This document shows, one piece after another, positions 48,088 through 49,335 of a DNA stretch of 49,335 nt. The stretch lies in the IMG/VR virus record IMGVR_UViG_3300032312_000346, positions 1 to 49,335 of that record; one strand, written 5' to 3'. The position numbers and the translations under genes were made by a program. The notes beneath the pieces are model-generated. The model did no database searches. It saw only the letters and a list, made by a program, of their open reading frames with translations, and was not told the DNA's origin. The first letter of the stretch is position 1. The number at the start of each line of letters is the position of its first letter. Origin of the DNA: a virus. Taxonomy: Duplodnaviria; Caudoviricetes.

Positions 48088-48103
48088 TATATTTTCCTTT
48101 GTG

Positions 48104-48176
48104 TTATAGCACTTCCCAACCCAATTTCTATAATATCTGCTAGGTCAGTTTGGGTCAGTAAAAAATAATCCTAGAT
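48104..48176 (-). ncRNA. structured double-pseudoknot leader RNA, possibly Mu-gpT-DE-like
   Basis: Three interleaved pairings CTAGG/CCTAG, GACCCAA/TTGGGTT, TTATAG/CTATAA; downstream of the capsid gene. Confidence 0.5.
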
Positions 48177-48182
48177 GTTGCT

Positions 48183-48211
48183 TTTATACTATGTTATCGT
48201 TCCCGTGTCAA
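48183..48211 (-). promoter_or_regulatory. strong sigma70-like promoter
   Basis: TTGACA-17 nt-TATAAA on the minus strand. Confidence 0.75.
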
Positions 48212-48229
48212 ATGTTTATTGAGAGCATA

Positions 48230-48595
48230 ATGCCTTTTAAAGACCCTGTTAAAAAGAAAGAAAAACAAAAAGAATATTCAAGAAAATATTATGAAGCTAA
48301 CAAGGAAAAGATTACCGCTAGCACAGGTAAAATGAGAAGAAAAAGAAGGGCTGAGTTTACAGAGTTTAAGTCTACTTTATGCTGCACTAAATGCCCTGAA
48401 AATCACCCCGCTGCACTAGACTTTCACCATGTAGTACCCAATCCAGCTAATAAAAAGATTACAGAGCTTATTAGAGCAGGGCGCTTTGCATTTGCAATGG
48501 AAGAAATTAAGAACAAGTGTATTGTGTTATGCAGTAATTGCCACCGTAAACACCACTACGAAGAAGATAAAAAGAAAAGGGGCCTAAGCCCCTAG
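48230..48595 (+). CDS. HNH endonuclease, antisense to the structural arm
   Basis: CTKC, LDFHH, C..LCSNCHRKHH; likely start ATG 48230 (MPFKDP). Confidence 0.85.
   Translation: MPFKDPVKKKEKQKEYSRKYYEANKEKITASTGKMRRKRRAEFTEFKSTLCCTKCPENHPAALDFHHVVPNPANKKITELIRAGRFAFAMEEIKNKCIVLCSNCHRKHHYEEDKKKRGLSP
48569..48593 (-). terminator. Rho-independent terminator of pqqA
   Basis: AGGGGC-TTAG-GCCCCT then TTTCTTTTT on the minus strand, 4 nt after the pqqA stop. Confidence 0.75.
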
Positions 48596-48597
48596 TA

Positions 48598-48669
48598 CTA
48601 CTTGTTCATTACGTACATTGTCACTTCAAAGCCAAAACGCATTTCAGTAGCTGCTGGTGTTGTCCACAT
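48598..48669 (-). CDS. pqqA: pyrroloquinoline quinone precursor peptide PqqA (23 aa)
   Basis: Hand translated MWTTPAATEMRFGFEVTMYVMNK; W..P.....R.GFEVTxY with the E-x3-Y core; AAAGGAAA RBS. Confidence 0.95.
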   Translation of the reverse strand: MWTTPAATEMRFGFEVTMYVMNK

Positions 48670-48858
48670 GATAATTTCCTTTAAGTGTAATATTTTCAAT
48701 ACAAAAAAGTTTGTCTGTAATAGAAGGTTTATTTTTACAAGCAAAACTAACTTAATAGTGTAGATATGTATACATTTTTAAACTTTATATACACGTCAGC
48801 TACTATGTGTATACATTCTGCGCTTTTCTATACAAGTCGCAATACGTAAAATCATGAA

Positions 48859-48932
48859 TTACCGAGCGGTAATTGAATAGTAAAAAACATAGAAAAAGGG
48901 GACCGAAGTCCCCTTAGTGTTACCGAGCGGTA
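48859..48932. repeat. two copies of palindromic TTACCGAGCGGTA
   Basis: Exact 13-mer at 48859-48871 and 48920-48932. Confidence 0.75.
48893..48915 (-). terminator. Rho-independent terminator after the major capsid gene
   Basis: AAGGGGAC-TTCG-GTCCCCTT then T run on the minus strand. Confidence 0.85.
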
Positions 48933-49334
48933 TTAAGCGCCTGGAGAACCGTACATACCTAATGGGTCTGAGAAACCGAATGAATAACGCTCACGAGCTT
49001 TATAACGAACGTTACCTGTATCGAAGTCACCATCCATTGAGTTTTGCAATGGTGTACGTACAAAGTGTTTCATACCGTTAGGAACATCAGTAGTCAAGAA
49101 CCAAGCATTGGTGTCTGTCAAGAAGTGGTTAATTGTGTAACCTTCTGGAATAGAACCGTTGTTTTCAAGAGCATTGATGTCATTGTCAGTTGTACCTACG
49201 CGAAGCTTAGTTTCCAACAAACGTGTTGCAACGAATTGCAATGCTGGTGGAACGATAAGTTTCTTAGGTTTAGATGCAATCAATAGACCACGTTCATCAG
49301 TCCAAGCTGCGATTTGAATAACAGCATTTTCCAA
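48933..49334 (-). CDS. major capsid protein, C-terminal part (Mu gpT-like)
   Basis: DERG...P.KLIVPP.L, NHFLTD..AWF, DFDTGNVRYKARERYSFG.SDP.G.YGSPGA; 5' truncated. Confidence 0.88.
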   Translation of the reverse strand: MENAVIQIAAWTDERGLLIASKPKKLIVPPALQFVATRLLETKLRVGTTDNDINALENNGSIPEGYTINHFLTDTNAWFLTTDVPNGMKHFVRTPLQNSMDGDFDTGNVRYKARERYSFGFSDPLGMYGSPGA

Positions 49335-49335
49335 T

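Noticed and set aside
48104-48176. Hammerhead ribozyme (CUGA...GAAA present on the minus strand)
   Set aside because: CUGA is followed by CCU rather than NGA and the helix topology does not match
1-49335. tRNA genes and stop-codon reassignment
   Set aside because: No cloverleaf recognised in the short intergenic gaps by eye; long ORFs are intact under the standard code and TAA, TAG and TGA all end genes

Overview
Large fragment (about 49 kb, both ends truncated inside genes) of a tailed dsDNA phage genome with podovirus-like organisation and two convergent arms. The + arm (1-18019) carries a MoxR-like AAA ATPase/DUF3150-like/vWA-metallopeptidase cluster, many small accessory genes, VRR-NUC, a TraR-like protein, family A DNA polymerase, Cas4-like nuclease, SNF2 helicase, SSB-like protein and a primase-DUF927 helicase. 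The - arm (49334-18165) carries major capsid, small basic proteins, head-tail and tail genes, a lysis cassette and ejection proteins, ending in a 2382-aa polyvalent protein. Highlights not shown by the ORF track: (1) a phage-encoded 23-aa PqqA precursor peptide (48598-48669, -) with its own RBS and terminator, pointing to a PQQ-dependent methylotroph (Methylophilaceae-like) host; (2) a promoter, double-pseudoknot leader and apparent ACG start codon at 48085-48211; (3) a promoter- and terminator-bounded ~67-nt candidate sRNA at 18100-18166 whose unpaired middle is complementary to the phage's own ribosome-binding sites; (4) a GHKL ATPase plus HExxH module inside the giant ejection protein; (5) a trypsin-like protease cassette in the structural arm. 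All protein calls are motif recognition by eye; no database searches were run, so novelty is unverified.
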